Below are positions 1-9,378 of a stretch of DNA of 64,000 bases, one piece after another; position 1 is the first letter of the stretch; every line of letters starts with the position of its first letter. Source of the stretch: an uncultured bacterium. GTDB lineage: Bacteria > Actinomycetota > Acidimicrobiia > Spongiisociales > UBA5794. A model generated the notes under the pieces. That model saw only the letters and a program-made list of their open reading frames with translations. It was not told the DNA's origin and did not search any database. A program made the translations under genes and the position numbers. The stretch covers positions 669 to 64,668 of the forward strand of contig CAVZRA010000001.1 of the NCBI GenBank assembly GCA_963777645.1, written 5' to 3'.

Positions 1-7
1 CTCCACA

Positions 8-661
8 GTGCCGCCGACGGGACCCGAGACCACAGAACCGACCACAGTTGACGACGGCATGGATAACGCCGTGTTCTGTGATCCGGAGGATGGCGGGACG
101 GAGCTCGGAGTATGGCCGGCGACGACATGGGCGCAAGCGTGCGATGCGGTGACGAGCGGCACATGGGACTCGCTCCCGACCGACGACCCCGCCGCTCTCG
201 CTGAGAAGTTCCTGACCGACCAAACGGGGTGGACGGAGCTCACAGTCCTGGAGGACCGTGTAACGGAACCGGCTGACTATGCCCGTCGTGCCTATCTCAC
301 CTTCGAGGTCCCGGAAGCCGATGGGTCGACCACGGTCAACCTCGTCGAGCACGGTGGCTATTGGTTCGTCGACTCAGTATGGATGACCGAGACGGAACAT
401 CCGCCGATGTTCTCGCTGAAGGGTGACATCCTGTGGCTCGGGGCGGTGCCGCCGCCCGAGCCGGGTCTGCTGGAGGTCAGCGTTCAGCAAGGTGGCTCCT
501 CCGTTCTCGTCAACCTGGATGCGACCGAGGTCGCGACCACCGCGATCATCGATCGCAGGCTTGACAGGCCGATCGCCGTGACCGTGATGTGGAGCGACGG
601 AGAGAGCGTCAACGCCATTGCGGCGTTTGCGGTCGGCGCAGGCGACTCAGCCGCGGGTTGA
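8..661 (+). CDS. Hypothetical exported protein, probably 5'-truncated at the window edge
   Basis: 217-aa ORF with a Pro/Thr-rich linker at the start; no family recognised. Confidence 0.55.
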   Translation: MPPTGPETTEPTTVDDGMDNAVFCDPEDGGTELGVWPATTWAQACDAVTSGTWDSLPTDDPAALAEKFLTDQTGWTELTVLEDRVTEPADYARRAYLTFEVPEADGSTTVNLVEHGGYWFVDSVWMTETEHPPMFSLKGDILWLGAVPPPEPGLLEVSVQQGGSSVLVNLDATEVATTAIIDRRLDRPIAVTVMWSDGESVNAIAAFAVGAGDSAAG

Positions 662-702
662 GCGACTGTTCTAGTCAGCCTGGTTTGGCTGAGTGGCGTA
701 TT

Positions 703-792
703 GCGATAACCTCGTGCCCTTCGTCGAAGAAGAGTGGGATGCGCTGGTTACCCAAATCTATGGTTGTTCGGGTGAGAACGATCGATTCTGTC
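703..792 (+). repeat. Internally deleted duplicate of the 5' end of the SLH/VanW gene
   Basis: 719-773 matches 2000-2054 (54/55 nt) and is joined directly to 774-792, which is identical to 2227-2245. Confidence 0.9.
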
Positions 793-810
793 GTCTTCTC
801 TCCGACACCG

Positions 811-834
811 CGGACCGGCCCAAAGGCCGGTCCG
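811..834. terminator. GC-rich hairpin between convergent genes
   Basis: CGGACCGGCC-CAAA-GGCCGGTCCG perfect 10-bp stem. Confidence 0.55.
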
Positions 835-901
835 TCGCAGTTTGGCTCAGCCATACTGGTTCTTGGGTCGCAGGGCGCTGAGGCCGCTCCGATGACCGTG
901 G

Positions 902-1861
902 TCAGACCGTTATGACGACGTTGCCGATCTTCTGGCCGGTCTCGACGTAGCGGTATGCCTCGACGATCTCGTCGAGCGGGTATGACCTATCGATCACCGG
1001 GGTGAACTCTCCCATTTCGACCATGTTCTTGAGGTACTTGATCTCCTCGGGATCTTCGCGGGGGATGACAAAGAGCACTCTTCGGCGGCGAAAGATGGGT
1101 GTGATCAGGGCAAGCACAGGGCCGTGCCAGAGGAAGCCAACGTCCGATGACGCATAGATCCCGCGTGGCTTGAGCAGCCGCCTACACCTCCGGAAGGAGC
1201 TCTTGCCGACGGCGTCGAGCACTGCGTCATAGCGCTGCGGATCCTTGGTGAAGTCCTCGACGATGTAGTCGACGACACGGTCGGCTCCGAGTCCGCGGAC
1301 GAGATCGACGTGTTCGGTGGCGCACACCGCGGTCACGGTGAGCCCAAGGCTCTTGGCAATCTGGACCGCTGCCGATCCGATGGCGCCGGTTGCGCCGTAT
1401 ACGAGGAGGTCCTGACCGGCCGTCAGCCTTGCCCTGCGCAGGAAGCCGAGTGCGTAGTGCGAGCCCTCCATACTGGGAGCGGCCCGATCGAAGGTCAGGT
1501 TCGCTGGCATCGACGCAATCAGACCGTCCTGCCCAATGACCATGTACTCGGCATGGGCGCCGAAGCTGCCTTCGCAGTAGCCGCATAGGCGATCGCCGAC
1601 GGCGAAGGCGGTGACCGATCGGCCGATCGCCTCGACCTCTCCAGCGAACTCGGTACCGAGGACCGTCTTCTTCGGCCTGGGGAAGCCACTCATGAATCTG
1701 ATGATGAACGGCTTGCCGGCCCGGTAGCCACAGTCCGTACGGTTGACGGTGGTCGCACGAATCCGGATCAGTAGTTCGCCATCGGCCGGTGCTGGTTTGT
1801 CTGCTGTCTCGATCGAAACTACGTCCGGTGGTCCGTAGCGGGTGCGTGACGCTGTCTTCAT
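902..1861 (-). CDS. NAD(P)-dependent alcohol dehydrogenase / quinone oxidoreductase-like (MDR family)
   Basis: GTEFAGEVEAIG GroES-like motif, GATGAIGS nucleotide-binding motif, C-terminal YVETGQKIGNVVI. Confidence 0.9.
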   Translation of the reverse strand: MKTASRTRYGPPDVVSIETADKPAPADGELLIRIRATTVNRTDCGYRAGKPFIIRFMSGFPRPKKTVLGTEFAGEVEAIGRSVTAFAVGDRLCGYCEGSFGAHAEYMVIGQDGLIASMPANLTFDRAAPSMEGSHYALGFLRRARLTAGQDLLVYGATGAIGSAAVQIAKSLGLTVTAVCATEHVDLVRGLGADRVVDYIVEDFTKDPQRYDAVLDAVGKSSFRRCRRLLKPRGIYASSDVGFLWHGPVLALITPIFRRRRVLFVIPREDPEEIKYLKNMVEMGEFTPVIDRSYPLDEIVEAYRYVETGQKIGNVVITV

Positions 1862-1972
1862 GGTGGTCGAGTATATGCGGAGTCATTCTCCGTCGCCTTT
1901 GTGCCGTTCCGGACGGCGTTTGCCCCGAGCGGAACCCGCTCTGCAGGCCATTGGTTGTGGCTGGGATCCCAT

Positions 1973-1994
1973 TGTCGGTCGGTCGCGATAACAT
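1973..1994 (+). promoter_or_regulatory. PafBC/RecA-NDp-like promoter motif
   Basis: TGTCGG-N10-TAACAT, 25 nt upstream of the ATG at 2020. Confidence 0.4.
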
Positions 1995-2019
1995 CCGGGC
2001 TTCGTCGAAGAAGAGTGGG

Positions 2020-3336
2020 ATGCGCTGGTTCCCCAAATCTATGGTTGTTCGGGTCGTGGTTTTTGCCATGTTCTCCGGGGTGTTCTTCGGGGTTGCGGCG
2101 GCCGGCGCCGACGACTCGAGTGGTCTCCGTGCGGGCGGTACCTTTCTCGACGACGATGACATGCAGCAGGAGGGTTACATCGAGGCCCTGGTCGCTTCCG
2201 GTATCACCAAGGGATGCAACCCGCCGGAGAACGATCGATTCTGTCCCGATGCATCGGTCACCAGAGGCCAGGTCGCTTCGTTCCTGGTCAGAGCTCTCGA
2301 TCTACCACCGGCGACCGACACTGACAGGTTCACCGACGACGACAAATCCCCACATGAGGCCGATATTGACGCTCTGGTTGCTGCTGGGATCACCAAAGGG
2401 TGCAACCCACCGGCGAACGACCAGTTCTGCCCCGACCGGCCCGTAACGCGTGGTGAGATGGCCGCTTTCCTGGTTCGCGCGTTTGGCTACGAAGCACCCG
2501 AGGGAGCGGACACTTTCACTGACGACGACCAATCTGTCTTCGAAGTCCAGATTGAGGCATTGGCTGCGACAGGGATAACAACAGGCTGTGGTGGGACGGA
2601 CTTCTGTCCCGGGCGGTCGATCAAGCGGAAGAACCTCGCAGTGTTCCTGGTGAGAGCGCTCGGCCTGGACCTGATCGTGCCTCCGGTTCGGCCGTACGTC
2701 ATCGGGGAGTTCACCACGTACCACGATTGCTGTGAATCGAGGGTCACCAACATTCACACGATCGCCGACGCCGTCGACGGGGCAGTCGTTGCTCCGGGCG
2801 ACACCTGGTCGCTGAACGACTGGGTAGGGCAACGGACGGAGGCAAAAGGATATCTCCCGGCAGGGGCGATCCGGGGCGGCGAGATGGTCGCCGAGGTTGG
2901 TGGCGGCACCAGTCAGTTTGCGACGACCCTGTACAACGCCATCTTCTTCGCAGGTCTCGAGGATGTCTTTCACCAGCCACATTCGATCTACTTCACCCGC
3001 TATCCGCTGGGGCGGGAAGCGACGCTCGGGTGGACTCTGCCCGATGTCGTCTTCCGTAACGACACCGATTACCCGGTGACCATCGACACCAGTTACACCG
3101 GTACCAGCATCACCGTGCAACTGGTTGGTGCCAACGGCCGTCGCAGGGTCGAGACCACAACCACCGGATCTGCGACCACCTACGGGGGTGGCTACGCCAC
3201 TGTGACCAGGACGATCAAGTTCCAAGACGGGACGACGACATTCGAAACCTGGTTCCACTCGTACAACCCGATGGTTACCAGCCCGCCCGATCCCGAGCCT
3301 CCGCAGGATCCCGATCCGCCGATTGTCCCGCTCTAG
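2020..3336 (+). CDS. Secreted S-layer homology (SLH)-repeat protein with a VanW-like domain
   Basis: Signal peptide; three GIT.GC...FCP...TRG.MA.FLVRA repeats; VanW motif GGGTSQFATTLYNAIFFAGL...HS.Y..RYP.GREAT; start moved to ATG 2020. Confidence 0.85.
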   Translation: MRWFPKSMVVRVVVFAMFSGVFFGVAAAGADDSSGLRAGGTFLDDDDMQQEGYIEALVASGITKGCNPPENDRFCPDASVTRGQVASFLVRALDLPPATDTDRFTDDDKSPHEADIDALVAAGITKGCNPPANDQFCPDRPVTRGEMAAFLVRAFGYEAPEGADTFTDDDQSVFEVQIEALAATGITTGCGGTDFCPGRSIKRKNLAVFLVRALGLDLIVPPVRPYVIGEFTTYHDCCESRVTNIHTIADAVDGAVVAPGDTWSLNDWVGQRTEAKGYLPAGAIRGGEMVAEVGGGTSQFATTLYNAIFFAGLEDVFHQPHSIYFTRYPLGREATLGWTLPDVVFRNDTDYPVTIDTSYTGTSITVQLVGANGRRRVETTTTGSATTYGGGYATVTRTIKFQDGTTTFETWFHSYNPMVTSPPDPEPPQDPDPPIVPL

Positions 3337-3338
3337 CC

Positions 3339-3812
3339 GTGGCTGCCGGTCGGCTGAGCGCAGGTGTCCTCATGTTCCGCAATCAGCAGGGCGTGCTCGA
3401 GGTACTGGTCGGTCATCCTGGTGGTCCCTTCTGGGCAAAGAAGGACGAGGGAGCGTGGAGCATCCCCAAAGGGCTTGTCGAGCCAGGCGAGGACATCGAG
3501 TCGGCTGCCAGGAGAGAATTCGAGGAGGAGACCGGGGTGGCGGTGACGGGAGACATGATCGAGCTTGGTTCCATTGTGCTCAAGTCCGGCAAGGAGGTCG
3601 TTGCCTGGGCGCTCGAAGGCAACCTCGACCCGGCGTCTGCCACCAGCAATCTGGTCAGCATGGAATGGCCGCCGGGGAGCGGTCGCCAGATCAAATTCCC
3701 CGAGATCGATAGGTTGTTGTGGTGCTCCATTGCCGAGGCCGAAGTGCGGCTCAACCGGGCACAGACATCTTTTCTCGCGAGGCTGATGAAATACCTTGAC
3801 CACCCAGAGTAG
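3339..3812 (+). CDS. NUDIX hydrolase
   Basis: Nudix box PKG...AARREFEEETG; HPGGPFW motif. Confidence 0.9.
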   Translation: MAAGRLSAGVLMFRNQQGVLEVLVGHPGGPFWAKKDEGAWSIPKGLVEPGEDIESAARREFEEETGVAVTGDMIELGSIVLKSGKEVVAWALEGNLDPASATSNLVSMEWPPGSGRQIKFPEIDRLLWCSIAEAEVRLNRAQTSFLARLMKYLDHPE

Positions 3813-3867
3813 TGACCGATACACTTAGGGTAGCGGTAGTGGTCTGTGTAGACAATGGAGAACGGCC

Positions 3868-4548
3868 GTGAAGCTTTGGAATGAGATCGAACGAGCACAG
3901 TTCTCGTTGGCTGTGCGTGGCTATGACCGTGGCGAGGTCGACGATTTTCTGGATGCAACGGTGGCAGCCGTCCGCGGGTTGGAGGACAAGAGCTCAGCTC
4001 TGCACGGAAAGGTGAAGACGCTCGAATCCGAGTTGGCGGCACGTCGGGAGACCTCTGAGAGTATCGAGCATGCCTTTCTCGAGGCTGTTGAGAAGAAGCA
4101 AGCGATGCTTGCCGATGCCGAGAGGCGCGCCAACGAGATCCTGGCCAATGCCGAGAGCCATGCGGCCAACAACGACGGCGCCATCGAGGGCGAGGCCCTG
4201 AGAGAGCAGGCGAAGCTGATGCTCGACCAAGCGTCGACCATGCTCGCCGATGCAGAGCGTGAGTCGGCGATGATTCGCTCCAAGGCAGCGGCCGAGGGCG
4301 AACGAGCGGTGGCAGTGATAAAGGCCGAGGCAGAGAGAATGCTCGCTGCCGCGGAGGCGGAGGCCGCCGCTATCGTTGCCGGGGCCGAGCAGCAGCATGA
4401 GCGGCTGGCCGCGGCGCTGCGCTTGCTTCAGGAATCGGTGAGCGAGATGCTCGCTACAGGCGCAGAGCGCCACGAGATCATAAAGGTCGTACTCGGTGGG
4501 GAGCGAACCTCCGACATTCCCGCAACCCACGACGTGGCCATCGCCTGA
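3868..4548 (+). CDS. DivIVA domain coiled-coil protein
   Basis: F...VRGYDRGEVDDFLD DivIVA signature followed by an Ala/Glu coiled coil. Confidence 0.85.
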   Translation: MKLWNEIERAQFSLAVRGYDRGEVDDFLDATVAAVRGLEDKSSALHGKVKTLESELAARRETSESIEHAFLEAVEKKQAMLADAERRANEILANAESHAANNDGAIEGEALREQAKLMLDQASTMLADAERESAMIRSKAAAEGERAVAVIKAEAERMLAAAEAEAAAIVAGAEQQHERLAAALRLLQESVSEMLATGAERHEIIKVVLGGERTSDIPATHDVAIA

Positions 4549-4632
4549 CGCCGATAGGTCTCAGAACACGGGTCTTCCGTTACTATGCGTGTCTGGTGCG
4601 CCCGATGGTCGGGTCAAGTCCCCCTTTGATCG

Positions 4633-5859
4633 ATGGCCAAAAAGAAGAAGGTAAGTAACCGACTCCAGCAGATCAGCAACGCTGGCTCAAAGAAGACGCC
4701 TGTGCCACCCATGCCCGGGCGAGTCAGCGAGACTCAGCTGGTCGAGTTAGGCATGTTCGTTTCAGCAACCGTGGTCGGCACGATCATCCTTGCGGTGCTA
4801 GCGGTGGTGTTCGGAGTCAAGGCCATAGAGAACCGTCTCGAGACCGAGGCAACGGATTTGATCAATCGCCAGGTAGCGGCAGCTGTCGACGCACAGGACG
4901 ACCCTTCGATCTCCTCACGCACCGACATCTCCGTGGACGCCAACGCCACCACCCTCAACCTGCGTGGCACGGTAGGTTTCGAAGACTACGTTCTCCTGCT
5001 TCCCGAGATGGTGCAGGGACTCGAAGGCGTCAGCAATGTCGACGCCGAGCTGCAGTATGTCGCCCCAGCCAGGGTGAACATTCCCGACATCAAGGCCGCT
5101 CCGCTGACGGTGAGCTGGGCCGACGGGAGTGCTGAGATCGCTGGCGAGGTGTCGACCGAAGCGATCCGTGACCTCTTCGTCTCGACACTCGAGGCTCTGT
5201 TCCCGGGCAAGGTGAGCTCCGATGGGCTCGTAGTAGTCGACGGGGTGCCCAGCGAGCGGGACTGGGTCTCGTCTGCGGTCGGTATCGTGAAGATCGGGGG
5301 CAGCACGCTGCCCGAAGGGAGAGTGCTCATCAACGCGCCGGAACGTCTCATTCAGGTGAGCGGCGAATACGCCACCCGTCAGGAGCGCAGAGATGCCGAG
5401 GAGGACGTCCAGGCGCTGATAGATGCCACGACCTTCGACTTCATCAGTGGCCTCTCCATCCCGGAGCCTCCAGCGTTCACACATCAAGATGTCGAGCAGC
5501 TCCAGGAGAGCATCGACGATCTGATTGCGGGGAAGGTGGTCGAGTTCGAGCTGAACAGCGACACGCTCACCCCGGTAGGCATCTCCCTGCTCAATGAGAT
5601 TCTCGACGCACTGGAGAAGTTCCCCAACGTCCCGATCGAGATCGCCGGGTACACCGACAACCAAGGGGATGCCGTGGCGAATCTCGATTTGAGCGAGCGG
5701 CGGGCACAGGCGGCCTTTGACTATTTCGTCTCGAAAGGCCAGGATCCGGCACGATTTGTTGTACAAGGCTACGGTGAGGAATCCCCGGTGGCATCGAACG
5801 ACACAGCCGAGGGCCGGGCGCGCAACCGCAGGATCGAGTTCAAGGCGCTGGAGAATTAG
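4633..5859 (+). CDS. Membrane-anchored OmpA-like peptidoglycan-binding protein (ArfA-like)
   Basis: N-terminal TM helix, BON-like middle, C-terminal IAGYTDNQG...NLDLSERRA...GYGEESPVASN...NRRIEF. Confidence 0.85.
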   Translation: MAKKKKVSNRLQQISNAGSKKTPVPPMPGRVSETQLVELGMFVSATVVGTIILAVLAVVFGVKAIENRLETEATDLINRQVAAAVDAQDDPSISSRTDISVDANATTLNLRGTVGFEDYVLLLPEMVQGLEGVSNVDAELQYVAPARVNIPDIKAAPLTVSWADGSAEIAGEVSTEAIRDLFVSTLEALFPGKVSSDGLVVVDGVPSERDWVSSAVGIVKIGGSTLPEGRVLINAPERLIQVSGEYATRQERRDAEEDVQALIDATTFDFISGLSIPEPPAFTHQDVEQLQESIDDLIAGKVVEFELNSDTLTPVGISLLNEILDALEKFPNVPIEIAGYTDNQGDAVANLDLSERRAQAAFDYFVSKGQDPARFVVQGYGEESPVASNDTAEGRARNRRIEFKALEN

Positions 5860-5864
5860 CTGAA

Positions 5865-5987
5865 ATGTTGTTTGTCGCCGGAGAAATCATCGTTTGGATC
5901 ATCGTCGCGGTGATCTTCGGTTTCCTGATCGGCTGGTTGGCGCGGGGGCGTGGCAAGAGCCAGCCCAAGCGACGCGGCTTTCGCTGA
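5865..5987 (+). CDS. Small single-TM protein (40 aa), possibly an ArfB/ArfC-like partner
   Basis: Manually translated MLFVAGEIIVWIIVAVIFGFLIGWLARGRGKSQPKRRGFR, 5 nt after the OmpA-like gene. Confidence 0.65.
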   Translation: MLFVAGEIIVWIIVAVIFGFLIGWLARGRGKSQPKRRGFR

Positions 5988-6008
5988 TCGGCGCATTCCG
6001 GCCGCAGG

Positions 6009-7298
6009 TCAGCTTTCGGTGCTCTCTGCGATGTCACCCGACCACACGGCGGTGCGCATGACGAACAATGCGGTCGCGAGCACGCCGAGGCTCCCAAAGA
6101 CATAGACGGTCTTGATCCCGATCCAATCGGCGATGGCACCACCAACGGCAGCGCCGATTGGGATGAGCGACCAGCTTATGGTGCGTGACGCCGAGGCGAC
6201 CCGACCCAGCTTTTCGGCCGGCGAGAGACGTTGCCTCATGGTGACGATGGCGATGTTGGCAAAGCCCACCCCGCCGATACCGATTCCAGCGGGCACGAAC
6301 CCCCAGAAACTGTTCGAGAACGCCATCGTGATGAAGCCGGCACCAAACAGGAATAGCCCAACCGTGAACATCCGGCCCAGATGGACCCTGCTCGCGATAC
6401 GAGGCCCGAGGACGATGAGCACACTTCCCACGGCCGCCTGCAGCCCGATGAACAAACCGATCTGTGCCTCTTCGGTGAAGAGGAACGCGAGGAAGTGAGG
6501 CCCCGTGATCCCGCTTCCCAAGTAATCCGCGATGAATAGGGGAAGCAACGCTTCGAGCGGGGCGAAGACCAGATTGACAATTGCTGCTCCCAGTGTGACC
6601 CACCGCAGTTGGGCATGGCTCAGCAGGAAGCCGACACCGGAGCGCAGCGCGGTAACGAAGCGCTCGGTTGATTTCACCCTGACCCGGCTACGAACCCGCA
6701 CACCGGAGAGGTAGAAGGCCGATACGAGGAATGTGCCTGCGTTGGCAGCGAAGGCGACCGGGAATCCGCCACCCACCGAGATGAGCACCCCTCCCAACGC
6801 CGGTCCGAACGCAAATGCTGCGGTTCTGGCGAGGGCGAGGTGAGAATTGACGGTGACCAGGTGTTCCTCTGGCACAACGGAAGGCAGCAGCGCCTCGAGT
6901 CCGCTGTTGAAGAAGGTCGCCAGCGATCCAACGATAAACGCGGCCAGGAAAACCATCGGTACGGTTGCCGCGTTTGCAGCCGCACCCATGGCGAGTAGGA
7001 AGAAGGCGGCGGCACGCAGCAAGTCGGCACCGATGAGGATGGGTTTGATGGCAAACCGGTCGAGGAAGACACCCGCAGTAAACCCGAAGAGTACGGTCGG
7101 GATCGTTTCTGCAGCCGAGGTGAGGCCGAGGTCGAGTGCTCGTCCGGTGAGATGGACGACGAAGAGCGGTACCGTCACATACGCTATGTAGTCGCCGAGT
7201 AGCGAGACCGCTTGTCCCCAGACGATCGGTCGTGAGCGATGACGGCTTCCACTGAGATCGCGCAGCGTGCTGAGATCTGGGGGCTCGACGAAGGGCAT
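6009..7298 (-). CDS. MFS transporter
   Basis: About 12 TM helices; GVFLDRF...ADLLRA MFS motif A; start placed at ATG 7298. Confidence 0.88.
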   Translation of the reverse strand: MPFVEPPDLSTLRDLSGSRHRSRPIVWGQAVSLLGDYIAYVTVPLFVVHLTGRALDLGLTSAAETIPTVLFGFTAGVFLDRFAIKPILIGADLLRAAAFFLLAMGAAANAATVPMVFLAAFIVGSLATFFNSGLEALLPSVVPEEHLVTVNSHLALARTAAFAFGPALGGVLISVGGGFPVAFAANAGTFLVSAFYLSGVRVRSRVRVKSTERFVTALRSGVGFLLSHAQLRWVTLGAAIVNLVFAPLEALLPLFIADYLGSGITGPHFLAFLFTEEAQIGLFIGLQAAVGSVLIVLGPRIASRVHLGRMFTVGLFLFGAGFITMAFSNSFWGFVPAGIGIGGVGFANIAIVTMRQRLSPAEKLGRVASASRTISWSLIPIGAAVGGAIADWIGIKTVYVFGSLGVLATALFVMRTAVWSGDIAESTES

Positions 7299-7470
7299 TG
7301 CCCAGGCATCATAACGACCTCCGGGGGCTCTTTTCAGTTCGCCCGACACAGTGTCGGGCCGACCCAGATGGGAGAGGATCTGCGGCGATGGCCATGGTGG
7401 TCATAGAATCGGTTAGCCTCATGGTGGTTCCCTCCGGGGGATGCAACCGAGTCGACAAAGAGGATTGTCC

Positions 7471-7791
7471 ATGGCGGGACCGTCAGAGCTACCCCAGCTC
7501 GTAACTGAATTCGTCGACCTGTCGAAGGAGTACCTTCGTCAGGAGACACTCGAACCCGCCAAGCGGTTGGGGCGTTTCGCTGGTTACACGATTGCCGCTT
7601 CGATGGTGTTTGCGATTGGTGGCCTGCTGCTGGCGATCGCTGCAGTGCGGGGGATCATCTACCTGCTCCCGGACGGGCCCAACTGGTCGGGACTTGGTTA
7701 CCTGCTCGGAGCCATCGTGATCGGCGTGGTAATCGGGTTGATCATTGCCGTTGCCAGCCGGGACGGTGCATCTGGAGACGGGAGAGTGTGA
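7471..7791 (+). CDS. Actinobacterial holin-X-like membrane protein
   Basis: ELVDL.K.YLRQET.EP.KRLGR-type N-terminus plus two TM helices. Confidence 0.6.
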   Translation: MAGPSELPQLVTEFVDLSKEYLRQETLEPAKRLGRFAGYTIAASMVFAIGGLLLAIAAVRGIIYLLPDGPNWSGLGYLLGAIVIGVVIGLIIAVASRDGASGDGRV

Positions 7792-7991
7792 CGATGGCGG
7801 TTGAACGAGCTGATCTCGAGGCCAAGCTGCGCGAAATCGAGGGAATCGTCGAGGAAACGAAGAGCCAGGCACAGACAACCGGCACTGCGATCGCAATCGT
7901 CGCAGTCGTGGCCATCGTGCTCATCTTCCTGTTCGGCAAGCGTCGAGGCAGGAAGCGGGGCGGGGCCCGCGTAGAGATCTACCGGGTCTGA
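7788..7991 (+). CDS. Small membrane protein (DUF3618-like)
   Basis: Coiled coil, TM helix and basic tail; overlaps the upstream stop. Confidence 0.55.
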   Translation: MTMAVERADLEAKLREIEGIVEETKSQAQTTGTAIAIVAVVAIVLIFLFGKRRGRKRGGARVEIYRV

Positions 7992-8215
7992 TGTTCAAGC
8001 GGCTCGTCTCCTTCGGTGTGAAATCCCTTTTCGGGGGTGCTCGTCGTGGTCAACCCCTCCTGGCTGCGTTCGGCACCGCCGTTTCCATCTGGGGGCTGTT
8101 TCGCCACTTCTCGCGGGACGACAAGCCCGTCTACACGCGGGAACTCGCCGACGGCGAGACGCTGCGTATCACTCAGCGGCGTGGTGCCCGACCCGTTGTA
8201 GAAGAGGAGGTGTAG
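7991..8215 (+). CDS. Hypothetical protein
   Basis: 74-aa ORF translationally coupled to the upstream gene (TGATG). Confidence 0.55.
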   Translation: MFKRLVSFGVKSLFGGARRGQPLLAAFGTAVSIWGLFRHFSRDDKPVYTRELADGETLRITQRRGARPVVEEEV

Positions 8216-8218
8216 GGC

Positions 8219-8320
8219 GTGTTCCGAAACCGGGAGTTGTTCATCAAAATCGTCGTCTGGGCCGTTGTCCTGGCGATGCTCTTCACTCTGGCTGCTTCGC
8301 TATTCTCCGTCCTCGCCTAA
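8219..8320 (+). CDS. Small single-TM protein (33 aa)
   Basis: Manually translated (V)FRNRELFIKIVVWAVVLAMLFTLAASLFSVLA; fills the gap between flanking genes almost exactly. Confidence 0.5.
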   Translation: MFRNRELFIKIVVWAVVLAMLFTLAASLFSVLA

Positions 8321-8324
8321 GCCC

Positions 8325-9113
8325 GTGGCCCGGTTTGAAGCGGGCGATGCCTGCCTCCTGTTCGATCGCAAAGGCCGTCGGTACTTGATCGAGTTGATTC
8401 CGGGAGCGGAGTTCCACCATCACCAGGGCAAGCTGCCCCACGACGAGATCATCGGGAGCGAGGAGGGTGTCACCCTCAAATCCTCGCTGGGACGCGCCCT
8501 GATCGTGGTCCGACCCCGTCTCGCCGACTTTGCGTTGAAGATGCCAAGAGGCGCCGCTGTTGTGTATCCGAAGGATACGGGCGCCATCATCGTCTGGGCC
8601 GACATCAAGCCTGGCAATGTCGTAGTGGAAGCCGGTACCGGATCCGGTGCCCTGACGATGGCGCTGTCACGGGCGGTTGGTGACTCAGGGAAGGTCATCA
8701 CCTTCGAGGTCCGCGAGGACCATGCAGCCCTTGCGGCGAAGCGAATTAGCGGTTTCTTCGGGTCCATCCCCGAAAACGTCGATCTGCGACTTGGATCTGT
8801 GGAGAGCGGTCTCGAAGACCTTGCCCCTGATCGGGTCGTCCTCGACCTACCTGAGCCATGGCACTCTGTGCCGCTGGCTGCCCGGAATCTGGCGCCGGGC
8901 GGGATCTTCTGCTGCTACCTACCGACTGTGCCGCAAGTGCAAACCGTACGAGAGGCGATATCCGAATCGCGGAGCTTCCTCGATGTCATGACCTTCGAGA
9001 TGATGATGCGGGAGTGGTCGGTCGACGGGCGCTCGGTGCGGCCGAGCCACCGGATGATCGGTCACACCGGTTTCATAACAATCGCCCGCAAGCGGGAGCC
9101 TGCGGGCGATTGA
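8325..9113 (+). CDS. trmI: tRNA (adenine(58)-N1)-methyltransferase
   Basis: MPRGAAVVYPKD, EAGTGSGAL, LDLPEPW, SVRPSHRMIGHTGF; usual position upstream of arc. Confidence 0.92.
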   Translation: MARFEAGDACLLFDRKGRRYLIELIPGAEFHHHQGKLPHDEIIGSEEGVTLKSSLGRALIVVRPRLADFALKMPRGAAVVYPKDTGAIIVWADIKPGNVVVEAGTGSGALTMALSRAVGDSGKVITFEVREDHAALAAKRISGFFGSIPENVDLRLGSVESGLEDLAPDRVVLDLPEPWHSVPLAARNLAPGGIFCCYLPTVPQVQTVREAISESRSFLDVMTFEMMMREWSVDGRSVRPSHRMIGHTGFITIARKREPAGD

Positions 9114-9132
9114 ACGAGATCCTGTAACGGAG

Positions 9133-9378
9133 TTACGGCTCGACGAAGATGCACTCGCCGGGGCATTCCTCAGCGGCTTCCACCACGAGATCTACCTGAC
9201 CGTCGGGGATATCCGCGAGGCCTTCGGCCCCCTCGGAGTTTCCCTCAGATGCGGCAAAGATCTTGTCACCCTCGCGCACATAAGCGAGACCGTCGTCGAG
9301 CAGAACGAAGACATCGGGCGCAATCTCTTCGCAGAGGCCGTCTCCCGTGCAGAGGTCCTGGTCGATCCAGACTTTCAT
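9133..9378 (-). CDS. Ferredoxin
   Basis: IDQDLCTGDGLCEEIAP...AAEECPGECI. Confidence 0.9.
   Translation of the reverse strand: MKVWIDQDLCTGDGLCEEIAPDVFVLLDDGLAYVREGDKIFAASEGNSEGAEGLADIPDGQVDLVVEAAEECPGECIFVEP

Noticed and set aside
7471-7791. Holin as evidence of phage lysis genes
   Set aside because: Holin-X-like proteins are common chromosomal actinobacterial membrane proteins, and no endolysin is nearby.
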